Below are positions 1 to 8,945 of a stretch of DNA of 20,948 bases, one piece after another. The notes under the pieces were generated by a model. It was not told the DNA's origin. It was given only the letters and a program-made list of their open reading frames with translations, and made no database searches. Numbering within the stretch: position 1 is the first letter of the stretch; every line of letters begins with the position of its first letter. Origin of the DNA: Calditrichaceae bacterium (GTDB lineage: Bacteria > Calditrichota > Calditrichia > Calditrichales > JBFXGD01); contig JBFXGD010000054.1 in assembly GCA_050178385.1 (NCBI GenBank), positions 1-20,948 of the forward strand. The letters are read 5' to 3'. The position numbers and the translations under genes are program-made.

Positions 1-708
1 CTTGCTGAAGAAAATGAACAGCGTCAGAGAAATCAGCTTGAAATTCAGGCCGTAAGCCGCGAAGCATACGATCAAACCTTAAATAACCTTAACATTTTCA
101 AAAGCGAAATCGATCTGATCATGGCGCAAATCGCGAAAACTGAGATTCGTTCGGCGTTTGACGGTAGGATCGGCCTTAAATTTGTGAGTGACGGGAGTTA
201 TATAAACAGCAGCACGCACATCGCCACTCTCGTGGATAATACCCCTCTGAAAATCGAATTTTCCATTCCCGGAAAATACGCGGGCCGTGTTCAGCGGGGT
301 GATTCGGTTAATTTTTATGTTCAGGGTATTGGGAAACAACTTAAAGCAGCGATCTACGCGACTGAACCCAAAGTCGATCCGGCCACACGCACGCTGACTA
401 TGCGCGCGCTTTATAATAATTCAGAGCAGGAATTACTGCCCGGTTCATTCGCGGATATCGAACTGACTGTTTCCAGCAGTGATGACGCTTTATTAATCCC
501 AACCGAAGCCCTGATCCCTGAGCTAAACGGCAGCATAGTATTTTTGTACAAGAACGGTACGGCACAGCCGGTTCCGGTCAAAACGGGATTACGGACCAGC
601 CGGAGCATTGAAATTAAGGAAGGATTGAGCCCCGGAGACACTCTTATTACGAGCGGTTTGCTCGAATTAAGACCGGGTGTGGCGGTAAAAATCTCAGAAA
701 TTCAGTAA
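1..708 (+). CDS. RND efflux periplasmic adaptor (MFP) subunit, 5' end outside the window
   Basis: Frame is open from base 1 (LAEENEQRQRNQLEIQAVSREAYDQ...), so ATG 121 is internal. Motifs EIRSAFDGRIG, EPKVDPATRT, LLPGSF, LLIPTEAL and GLSPGDTLITSG are typical of MFPs. Lies directly upstream of an RND permease. Confidence 0.95.
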   Translation, partial: LAEENEQRQRNQLEIQAVSREAYDQTLNNLNIFKSEIDLIMAQIAKTEIRSAFDGRIGLKFVSDGSYINSSTHIATLVDNTPLKIEFSIPGKYAGRVQRGDSVNFYVQGIGKQLKAAIYATEPKVDPATRTLTMRALYNNSEQELLPGSFADIELTVSSSDDALLIPTEALIPELNGSIVFLYKNGTAQPVPVKTGLRTSRSIEIKEGLSPGDTLITSGLLELRPGVAVKISEIQ

Positions 709-780
709 ATCAATTAGCAGGAAATTCAATTTTAATTCAGGTTTGATCAGATACAACACATTTAATATCGGGAATTTCAG

Positions 781-3700
781 ATGAGTTTATCATCAATTAG
801 TATAAGACGGCCCGTACTGGCGATGGTCATGTCAATTGTCATTGTTCTGTTCGGGGTTATCGGCTATAATTTTCTAGGTGTACGCGAGTACCCGAATGTG
901 GATCCTCCCATCATAACTGTAACCGCAAACTACACCGGTGCCAATGCCGATGTGATTGAATCGCAGATTACTGAACCGCTTGAAGAATCAATCAGCGGAA
1001 TCGCGGGTATCCGTACGATCTCCTCAGTCAGCCGGGACGGCCGCGCGACGGTGACGGTTGAATTTGACCTTGGAATTGATCTCGAAGCAGCCGCGAATGA
1101 CGTTCGCGATCGCGTCTCCCGCTCTATCAGCCGCCTGCCCCCTGACGCCGACAATCCAATCGTTCAGAAAGCCGACGCTAACGCCAGTCCGATAGTATTT
1201 CTTAATATAAAAAGCGATAAACGGAATCTTCTTGATTTAACCGATATCGCGACAAATACTTTTAAAGAACGTGTTCAGACAATTCCCGGTGTCAGTGAAG
1301 TACAAATATGGGGTTCAAAAACCTACGCGATGCGTCTGTGGATGGATCCCGCCAAATTATCCGCCTATAGGCTCACGCCTCTTGATATACGTACTGAACT
1401 GCTGCGCCAAAATGTGGAACTGCCCTCCGGCTCCGTGGAGGGATCATCGACTGAATTGACAGTGAGAACCATCAGCAGACTCGAAGATGTGCAGGCGTTT
1501 AATAACCTGATTATAAAAGAAGAGAATGGAAATATTATCCGGTTCAAAGATATCGGGTTTGCGGAACTGGGTCCGGAAAACTTAAGAACCGTTTTAAAAC
1601 GGGACGCGGTACCCATGGTCGGGCTGGTATTAATCCCTCAACCGGGAGCGAACCATATCGCCATAGTGGATGAATTTGAAAACCGGCTCAGGCAGATTGA
1701 GAAAGATCTTCCTAAGGATATTACGCTTGGCATTGGCTTTGATACATCAAAATATATTCGTGAATCTATAAGCGAAGTCGGACAGACATTTATGCTGGCG
1801 TTCTTACTGGTGATTTTGATCATATTCCTTTTCCTCAGGGATTGGAGAACAACCATTATCCCTATTATCACGGTTCCGATCTCCATCATCGGTACTTTTT
1901 TTATCATGTATATTGCCGATTATTCAATTAATGTACTCACCCTGCTGGGTCTTGTTCTGGCAATAGGTATGGTTGTTGATGACGCCATCGTGATGCTGGA
2001 AAATATTTATGCTAAAATTGAACAAGGCATGCCATCCGTTGCCGCGGGTATTGAGGGATCACGCGAAGTATTTTTAGCCATCATCGCAACCACACTCGCT
2101 CTCATCGCGGTGTTTCTCCCCGTCATCTTTCTACAGGGTCTGACGGGCAGGTTATTCAGAGAATTCGGAATCGTTGTGGCCAGTGCCGTATCCATCTCAT
2201 CCTTTGTAGCGTTAACGCTGACTCCGGTGCTTACAACAAAATTACTAAAAGGAAAAACCGATCATGGAAAATTTTATAAAAGAACAGAAGATTTTTTCAT
2301 AAAACTGAACAAAGCCTACCGCGGTATCTTGAATAAATTTTTAAGCAAAAAGAAATGGGCCATCATATTTGTTCTTGTCTCTTTTATTGTCATCGTGGCG
2401 TTTGGTATGATTTTGCCGAGGGAATTAGCGCCACTTGAAGACCGTAGCGGTGTTCGTCTCTATTCCGTGGCACCGGAAGGCGCTACGTATGAATATATGG
2501 ATCAATTTATGAATCAGGTTATAAACTTGATCGAAGAGAATGTCCCGGAGAAAGATGCCATCATTTCGGTTACTTCACCTGGTTTCGGCTCGAGCAGTTC
2601 AGTCAATTCCGGCTTTGTTCGTTTGATTTTAAAAAATCCTGACGATCGTAAACGCTCCCAGATGGAGATAGCAAATCAGCTATCATCACAGGTTAAACAA
2701 TTATCAGCAGCCAGAACTTATGTTTCCCAGGATCAGTCAATTGGTACAAGCCGGGGAGCCCTGCCCGTTCAATACGTGATTGAAGCGCCTAATTTTGACC
2801 GGCTCAGGGAAATACTGCCGAAGTTTCTGGATCAGGCCCGGCAGGATCCTAATTTCCAATTTGTTGACGCTAACTTAAAATTCAATAAACCGGAGCTGAG
2901 AATCGAAATCGAGCGTGAACGCGCGCAATCATTAGGTGTGTCGGTTATCGATATTGCTCAGGTCCTGCAGCTTGCTCTTAGCGGGCAACGATTTGATTAT
3001 TTTATCATGAACGGGAAACAGTATCAGGTTATTGGTCAGCTCGCGCGTGAAGGTCGAAATGAACCGCTTGATCTGCGGTCATTGTATGTGCGTAATAAAC
3101 GAGGCGAGATGATACAACTTGATAATCTGGTTCACATCTCTGAACAAAGCAGTCCTCCTCAGCTTTACCATTTTAACCGTTATGTATCAGCCACCGTATC
3201 GGCAGGCCTGGCTCCCGGAAAAACAATCGGAGAGGGGATCGCTGCAATGGACCGGGTAGCGAAGCAGGTGTTGGATGAATCATTCAGAACGGACCTCGCC
3301 GGACCCTCACGTGATTTTATTGAGAGCGCGTCAAGTCTGGAGTTTGCTTTTGTTCTGGCGCTGCTGATTATCTATCTTGTTCTCGCCGCGCAGTTTGAGA
3401 GTTTTCGTGACCCGTTGATCATCATGTTCAGCGTTCCGCTCGCTCTCGCGGGCGCCCTTTTCTCACTCTGGTATTTTGGACAGACCCTAAATATTTTTAG
3501 CCAGATAGGGCAAATCATGCTGATCGGACTCGTTACAAAGAACGGAATCCTGATTGTAGAATTCGCGAATCAGCGAAAAGCAAACGGATTAACGGTCAGC
3601 GAAGCTATCCGTGATGCGGCCGCGGCCCGTTTCCGGCCGATATTGATGACCAGTCTCTCCACAATTCTCGGAATTCTGCCCATTGCCCTGGCGTTAGGCG

Positions 3701-3876
3701 CCGGTTCTGAAAGCAGAATACCAATGGGAATCGCAGTGATCGGCGGACTCATCATCGGAACTGTTTTAAGCCTGTTTATCATTCCCGCCATTTATCTTAT
3801 GATATCAAAGGAAGGCGCGCCACCTTTAATGGAAATCGATGAAAAGGAATTGGAATTGATTACAGAATCCAACTGA
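781..3876 (+). CDS. RND efflux permease, AcrB/AcrD/AcrF family
   Basis: 1031 aa. SIRRPV N-terminus, IESQITEPLEE, proton-relay motifs GMVVDDAIV, GLVTKNGILIVEF and RFRPILMTS. Confidence 0.97.
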   Translation: MSLSSISIRRPVLAMVMSIVIVLFGVIGYNFLGVREYPNVDPPIITVTANYTGANADVIESQITEPLEESISGIAGIRTISSVSRDGRATVTVEFDLGIDLEAAANDVRDRVSRSISRLPPDADNPIVQKADANASPIVFLNIKSDKRNLLDLTDIATNTFKERVQTIPGVSEVQIWGSKTYAMRLWMDPAKLSAYRLTPLDIRTELLRQNVELPSGSVEGSSTELTVRTISRLEDVQAFNNLIIKEENGNIIRFKDIGFAELGPENLRTVLKRDAVPMVGLVLIPQPGANHIAIVDEFENRLRQIEKDLPKDITLGIGFDTSKYIRESISEVGQTFMLAFLLVILIIFLFLRDWRTTIIPIITVPISIIGTFFIMYIADYSINVLTLLGLVLAIGMVVDDAIVMLENIYAKIEQGMPSVAAGIEGSREVFLAIIATTLALIAVFLPVIFLQGLTGRLFREFGIVVASAVSISSFVALTLTPVLTTKLLKGKTDHGKFYKRTEDFFIKLNKAYRGILNKFLSKKKWAIIFVLVSFIVIVAFGMILPRELAPLEDRSGVRLYSVAPEGATYEYMDQFMNQVINLIEENVPEKDAIISVTSPGFGSSSSVNSGFVRLILKNPDDRKRSQMEIANQLSSQVKQLSAARTYVSQDQSIGTSRGALPVQYVIEAPNFDRLREILPKFLDQARQDPNFQFVDANLKFNKPELRIEIERERAQSLGVSVIDIAQVLQLALSGQRFDYFIMNGKQYQVIGQLAREGRNEPLDLRSLYVRNKRGEMIQLDNLVHISEQSSPPQLYHFNRYVSATVSAGLAPGKTIGEGIAAMDRVAKQVLDESFRTDLAGPSRDFIESASSLEFAFVLALLIIYLVLAAQFESFRDPLIIMFSVPLALAGALFSLWYFGQTLNIFSQIGQIMLIGLVTKNGILIVEFANQRKANGLTVSEAIRDAAAARFRPILMTSLSTILGILPIALALGAGSESRIPMGIAVIGGLIIGTVLSLFIIPAIYLMISKEGAPPLMEIDEKELELITESN

Positions 3877-3928
3877 TATTAGCGATTCAGTCACGTAAAG
3901 ATATAGAATCACAAAGGATCAAGGGGAT

Positions 3929-5281
3929 ATGAAGCATCTTATTACATCCGTTTTATTAAAAAATTTTACTCCGGTTTTCGGATTTATTTTCTTTTTTTCC
4001 ATGTTATCTTCCGGTATCACACAAGAGCTTCTAACTCTCGATGAAGCCCTTCAGATATCTCTCGAAAATAATTATTCGATACAAATATCAAAAAATACCG
4101 CTCTGATCGCCGCCAAAAATTATTCAGCCGGGAACGCCGGAATGCTCCCCGAACTTGATATTGATGCCGGTTACAATAAAAGTAAAACCAACAGCAAGCA
4201 GAATTACGCCAGCGGAACTTCTATCGATCGCACCGGAGCTGAATCTGAAAACAAAACCGCCAGCCTGGAACTGAACTGGACAATATTTGACGGTTTTAAA
4301 ATGTTTCATTCCTATTCCCGCCTCGGCATACTGAATAATATCGGACAGCAGGAATTCAAACAGCAGGTTGAAAATTCGGTTGCGGACGTGACGGAGGCTT
4401 ATTATGATATTATTCGACAGAAATTAAATCATGATGTTCTTCAGGAAGCAGTTGATATCTCCAAAGAAAGACTCCATATAGCGGAGCAGAATTTTACACT
4501 CGGCGCTTCCTCAAAGCTCGATCTCCTTCAGGCGAGAGTGGATCTGAACGCTGACCGGTCAGCGCTCTTAGAGCAATCCGCAGATCTCAGCGCCGCCATG
4601 ATCACCTTAAATTATCTGCTGGCGCGAGCGGTGGACATAGAATTTCAGGTTAGCGACTCAATTAATCTCCTACAGAAATTAGACCGCCGGGAACTTGAAG
4701 AATCCGCGCTTATGAATAACAGAGCCTTTGTTATAAAAAAGAAAGAATACGAGATTTCCGGAGAGGAAATCGGTGAAATTAAATCCGAAAAATATCCCGA
4801 GATTGATTTGATAGCCCGCTACAATTACGCTAAATCAGAATCAGACGCAGGTTTTTTTATATCCAGTGAAACGGATGGCCTTTTTTATGGTGTTTCACTG
4901 ACTATGAATCTTTATGACGGATTTAACACAAAACGCAGACAACAAACGGCAAGGCTAATCCAAAGGAATATCGCGATTGAACTGGATGAAGTAAAAAACA
5001 GCATTATAGCCGGGATAAGAACGGGATATATCATCTATGACAACAGCCTTACCCGAATGCAACTGGAGGAGGAAAACATTTCAGCGGCAAAGGAAAATGT
5101 CGATATCGCGTTAGAGAATTTCAGATTAGGTTTGCTCACGCCTTTGGAGCTTAGGGAAGTTCAAAAGAACTATATTCAGGCAAAAAGCCGCTATATCAAC
5201 GCGGCATTCGAAGCCAAACAGAATGAAATTAATCTGTTGAAATTAAGCGGACGATTGATTACAACCAATTCTGAACTTTAG
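3929..5281 (+). CDS. TolC-family outer membrane efflux channel
   Basis: 450 aa with signal peptide. LTLDEALQISLENN, LNWTIFDGFKM and LYDGF repeats, G-x-x-S/T-x-L-D/E-L motifs. Purine-rich SD-like AAGGGG upstream. Third gene of the RND operon. Confidence 0.93.
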   Translation: MKHLITSVLLKNFTPVFGFIFFFSMLSSGITQELLTLDEALQISLENNYSIQISKNTALIAAKNYSAGNAGMLPELDIDAGYNKSKTNSKQNYASGTSIDRTGAESENKTASLELNWTIFDGFKMFHSYSRLGILNNIGQQEFKQQVENSVADVTEAYYDIIRQKLNHDVLQEAVDISKERLHIAEQNFTLGASSKLDLLQARVDLNADRSALLEQSADLSAAMITLNYLLARAVDIEFQVSDSINLLQKLDRRELEESALMNNRAFVIKKKEYEISGEEIGEIKSEKYPEIDLIARYNYAKSESDAGFFISSETDGLFYGVSLTMNLYDGFNTKRRQQTARLIQRNIAIELDEVKNSIIAGIRTGYIIYDNSLTRMQLEEENISAAKENVDIALENFRLGLLTPLELREVQKNYIQAKSRYINAAFEAKQNEINLLKLSGRLITTNSEL

Positions 5282-5336
5282 CCGGAATTAAAGTCGCTTT
5301 ATTACACTTTTAATTAACCATCCGGTCAGTTTTTTC

Positions 5337-7202
5337 TTATTTAGAACGATGCTCTGCCGCCGTGTCTTTGCCGGATTTTTTTAGCAATTTTTCCGCAAGA
5401 TCAGATCTGTTCAACGCGTTTAGTGTTTTCTGTATCCACTCACGGTTTTCCCGTTTATACCAGAAGAAAAATTTTCTTTGATCAAGTTTTTCATTTTTGT
5501 TTCTTGCGGTCTGCACGGGTTTGAGCGTATAAGGGTGATAGCCTGAGTAGTATATGACCGTTGCAACGGTCATCGGGGTCGGTGTAAAATCCTGAACCTG
5601 TTCCAGCTCGAAACCGATCTCTTTTGTTTCCACTGACAGCTGCGCCATGTCTTCCAGATTGCTTCCGGGATGACTCGAAATAAAATAAGGAATCAGGTAC
5701 TGTTTTAAACCCAGTTTTTTATTAATCGCGTCAAACTTCTTTTTAAATTCATAAAACAGTTTAAACGAAGGCTTCCGCATTATCTTTAATACATTTTCCG
5801 ACGTATGCTCCGGGGCAATTTTTAGGCGTCCAGAAGTATGATTGGAAACAACCTGCTCTATATATTCATTGTATCCGTTCTTCTTCTCATCTTTTTCATC
5901 CTTCCCGACGAGCAGATCATATCGGATTCCGCTGGAAACAAAGGCTTTTTTGATTCCGGGTTTTGACGCGACAGCCTGATAAATCTCAGTCAGCGGGTGA
6001 TGGTCAGTATCCAGATTAAAACAAATATTCGGATAGATACAGGAGGGCTTTATACATTTATCGCAAATATCCTGGTCAATCCCCTTCATTTTATACATAT
6101 TAGCCGAAGGACCGCCGAGATCGCTGATGTATCCCTTAAAATCCGGCATTTTGATGATGGCATCCACTTCTTTTAGGATTGATTCCTTTGAGCGGCTCGC
6201 GATCATTTTGCCCTGGTGCGCTGAGATCGTGCAAAAACTGCATCCGCCAAAACAGCCGCGATGCAAATTCATCGAAAATTTTATCATCTCATACGCTGGA
6301 ATGACGCCGCGATTTTTATATTTCGGATGAGGCAGACGGGTAAAAGGGAGATCAAAAGACGCGTCAATCTGTCCTTCGGTCATTGTCTGATACGGCGGAT
6401 TGATGACCAGTGTCCGCTCACCTATCTTCTGGATAAGCCTTCGGGCAAATTGTTTATTCGATTCCTGTTCGATATGTTTAAAATTCGCGGCAAATGCTTT
6501 TTTATCAACTAAACAGACTTCATGCGATGTTAATTCAAACGAGTCCCAATTTTTGTTTTTTGGAACAGACTGATTCTCATTCAGCAAAAGCGCCGTCTGT
6601 GGAATCGTATCAATCCGGGAAACAGGAACATTCCTGTTTAAAAGCCTTATTATTTCCTTCAATGGCAGTTCACCCATACCATAAACCAGCAAATCAGCTC
6701 CGCTCTCGGCAAGTATGCTGGGTTTTAAACGGTCTGACCAATAATCATAGTGGGTGACTCTTCTAAGAGATGCCTCGATGCCGCCGATCAGCACCGGCAC
6801 ATCCGGAAAGATTTCTTTAAGGATTTTGGTATAGACTGTTGTAGCGTAATCCGGCCGGAAACCCGCTTCCCCTCCGGGTGTATAAGCATCAGATGACCTG
6901 AGGCGTTTATTTGCGGTGTAGTGGTTAACCATAGAATCCATGTTTCCGGAGGTCACCGCGAAAAACAACCTTGGTTTGCCAAGTTTCTTAAAGTCCCTTA
7001 AATCATCGCGCCAGTTTGGCTGCGGAACAATCGCTACGCGGAGTCCTTCCTGTTCAATGAGCCTCCCGATAACCGCTGCCCCAAATGCCGGATGATCCAC
7101 ATAGGCATCTCCTGAAATGATGATTACATCCAGCTCATCCCAGCCGCGCAACCGGACTTCCTTCAAAGTTATCGGCAGCCAGTCCGTCAAATTATATTCC
7201 AT
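5337..7202 (-). CDS. ygiQ: YgiQ-family (UPF0313) radical SAM protein
   Basis: SGDAYVDHPAFG, GNMDSMVNHYT, CxxxCxxC motif in RGCFGGCSFC, DLGGPSANMY, QVQDFTPTPMT. Likely start is ATG 7202 (MEYNLTDWLP); the ORF track's GTG 7238 is the alternative. Confidence 0.93.
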   Translation of the reverse strand: MEYNLTDWLPITLKEVRLRGWDELDVIIISGDAYVDHPAFGAAVIGRLIEQEGLRVAIVPQPNWRDDLRDFKKLGKPRLFFAVTSGNMDSMVNHYTANKRLRSSDAYTPGGEAGFRPDYATTVYTKILKEIFPDVPVLIGGIEASLRRVTHYDYWSDRLKPSILAESGADLLVYGMGELPLKEIIRLLNRNVPVSRIDTIPQTALLLNENQSVPKNKNWDSFELTSHEVCLVDKKAFAANFKHIEQESNKQFARRLIQKIGERTLVINPPYQTMTEGQIDASFDLPFTRLPHPKYKNRGVIPAYEMIKFSMNLHRGCFGGCSFCTISAHQGKMIASRSKESILKEVDAIIKMPDFKGYISDLGGPSANMYKMKGIDQDICDKCIKPSCIYPNICFNLDTDHHPLTEIYQAVASKPGIKKAFVSSGIRYDLLVGKDEKDEKKNGYNEYIEQVVSNHTSGRLKIAPEHTSENVLKIMRKPSFKLFYEFKKKFDAINKKLGLKQYLIPYFISSHPGSNLEDMAQLSVETKEIGFELEQVQDFTPTPMTVATVIYYSGYHPYTLKPVQTARNKNEKLDQRKFFFWYKRENREWIQKTLNALNRSDLAEKLLKKSGKDTAAEHRSK

Positions 7203-7334
7203 GTATTCCAACCGTTTGTTTTGTCGTATATGAAACACCGGATCTCATTCATAATAATCCTGAATCGTTCTGTTTTCTTCGATTCCGGATGTCCGGTTTC
7301 TTCCATTTCAGCGTTATTTTCTGAATTGATGCCG

Positions 7335-7363
7335 AATTTAGGATACCCATTCCGTCAAAGCAA
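7335..7363 (-). promoter_or_regulatory. Putative sigma70-type promoter for ygiQ
   Basis: Minus strand TTGCTT (7363-7358), 17-nt spacer, TAAATT (7340-7335). Confidence 0.35.
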
Positions 7364-7388
7364 ATAAATACCATGAAACGGAAATTGT

Positions 7389-8837
7389 TCAAAAAACGAT
7401 GGTAAATTGAAGATTGTGACGGCCGCCCCCATAGACACTTTTCCGGTCTGCTGATGAACTTCCCGTAGTTCCGCTATCTTCATCAGGCCGGGATGTGGAT
7501 CTCAGCGGAATATATTGTGAAAATCCATATGTAATTTGGAATTTATGTATCGATTTCGCAAAATTTACCTGAAGATAAACGCCATCTTGTTCACTGATAT
7601 CCAGTAAATATTTATTCAGATTTTTTTGGCCAAACACCAGAAATTCAGGCTCCCACGTTTTTAGATTTCCTTCAGTCGTCAAATGTTCAAAATCCATCCG
7701 GTATCCTGCGTCAAAGTCTGATTTTTTATAAAGATATCCCAAACCGACCCGCTTAAAATGATAACCGGCCTGAGAATTTGTATAATAGCGTAACCCGAGC
7801 AAATCCGTCCATGTATCACTGAACGGCCATGTTTCAACATGTCCCCTGCCCTTCAGAAGTCCTTTTCCCCATGAAAAATTTGCCGTAAATTCAGAATTTT
7901 CCGTTATTACCGAAATTTCCGGTGAGAATGATTCATAAAATTGACTGAATTGAGTGACTTTTCCAAATGAAATTTTTTGTTCATAAAAACGCCCCGAATA
8001 ATCCAGATTCCTTACTGTATAAGTAAATCCCAGACCGATCATCCCGGATGGGCTGTAGAATGCCTTATATTCGCCTGTCTCATGATCCCCTGTCGGAATA
8101 TAAACCGTCTGCATCTTTTGTAAATCGTATGGCCGGTTTACAGAATTTTCAAGGATTAAGGCGTCAAAACCAAGCTTTTCAGTTAACATTACTCTGAACA
8201 TTATTTCATGGATTCGTTCTTCTTCCATCGAGTCAAATTCAAGCGGTGAACCTTCATAATTAAAATCAAATTTCCAGTTCATATAATCTTTGTACACCGT
8301 ATAGCCAAACTGTAAAAACCAGCTGAATTTGACAATTGCCCCGATGGAATAAGGATTGTAAGACTCAGACGCGTATTTCTTCTCGCCGACGCTGCCCGAA
8401 AGAAAAAACACCTCACGCCAAAGCGGAACAGAAAGTGATATACCATATTCGCTTGAAACGGATTCCATACTTAGATGTTCAATGTCAGTGACATCATAGC
8501 TGATGCTTCTCCTGTCGAAACTGGCATATGCTCCGGCAGAGAAATCAATATTTTTTACGCGTAGAGGGATCGTCAATTCATTTTGCTGAATGATTGTGTA
8601 AATATCTCTGTCTATTATATTATTTTTTCTTTCCCTGTAATAATCATTATAGATGAGTGATGACTTAAATTGAATTTTATCTGGTGGGATATTTATATCA
8701 AAAACAGCTTTACGACTTGACTGCATATGCTTTCCGCTGATGAACATTTCCGGCATATCCAGAATCGATTCAAATTTCGACTGACCAAAGCCTGCCGAGA
8801 CAATCAGACAAACAAAAACAATATGGAGATTGCGCAA
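7389..8837 (-). CDS. Hypothetical exported protein, probable outer-membrane beta-barrel
   Basis: 482 aa with TTG start and signal peptide (..LIVSAGFG/Q). Many alternating amphipathic strands (GLGFTYT, FTANFSWG, VGLGYLY, FQITYGFSQY). C-terminus HNLQFTIVF ends in Phe, like a BAM beta-signal. Confidence 0.7.
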   Translation of the reverse strand: MRNLHIVFVCLIVSAGFGQSKFESILDMPEMFISGKHMQSSRKAVFDINIPPDKIQFKSSLIYNDYYRERKNNIIDRDIYTIIQQNELTIPLRVKNIDFSAGAYASFDRRSISYDVTDIEHLSMESVSSEYGISLSVPLWREVFFLSGSVGEKKYASESYNPYSIGAIVKFSWFLQFGYTVYKDYMNWKFDFNYEGSPLEFDSMEEERIHEIMFRVMLTEKLGFDALILENSVNRPYDLQKMQTVYIPTGDHETGEYKAFYSPSGMIGLGFTYTVRNLDYSGRFYEQKISFGKVTQFSQFYESFSPEISVITENSEFTANFSWGKGLLKGRGHVETWPFSDTWTDLLGLRYYTNSQAGYHFKRVGLGYLYKKSDFDAGYRMDFEHLTTEGNLKTWEPEFLVFGQKNLNKYLLDISEQDGVYLQVNFAKSIHKFQITYGFSQYIPLRSTSRPDEDSGTTGSSSADRKSVYGGGRHNLQFTIVF

Positions 8838-8874
8838 GAATCAGTTACCCAATTTGTTAAACGGAATCATAAAT

Positions 8875-8929
8875 AAGGCTGCCCGGAGTCGTTTTATGTG
8901 TTTGAAAACATAGTGCACCGGACAGCCTT
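8875..8929 (-). terminator. Intergenic stem-loop (terminator-like or mRNA-stabilising)
   Basis: AAGGCTGCCCGG (8875-8886) pairs with CCGGACAGCCTT (8918-8929) with one G-U on the minus strand. Inner TATGT/ACATA stem. Only a short U-tract follows on the minus strand. Confidence 0.55.
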
Positions 8930-8945
8930 CGCGATGGTTTCTCTG

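Noticed and set aside
79..3791. Short alternative-frame and antisense ORFs inside the RND genes (and similar ones in ygiQ, the DUF5686-like gene, slyD, the TonB receptor and phrB)
   Set aside because: They lie within well-supported genes and show no recognisable motifs, so they are shadow ORFs.
5282..5336. Bidirectional terminator between tolC and ygiQ
   Set aside because: Only weak 5-bp stems (TAAAG/CTTTA, CCGGA/TCCGG), which is not convincing.
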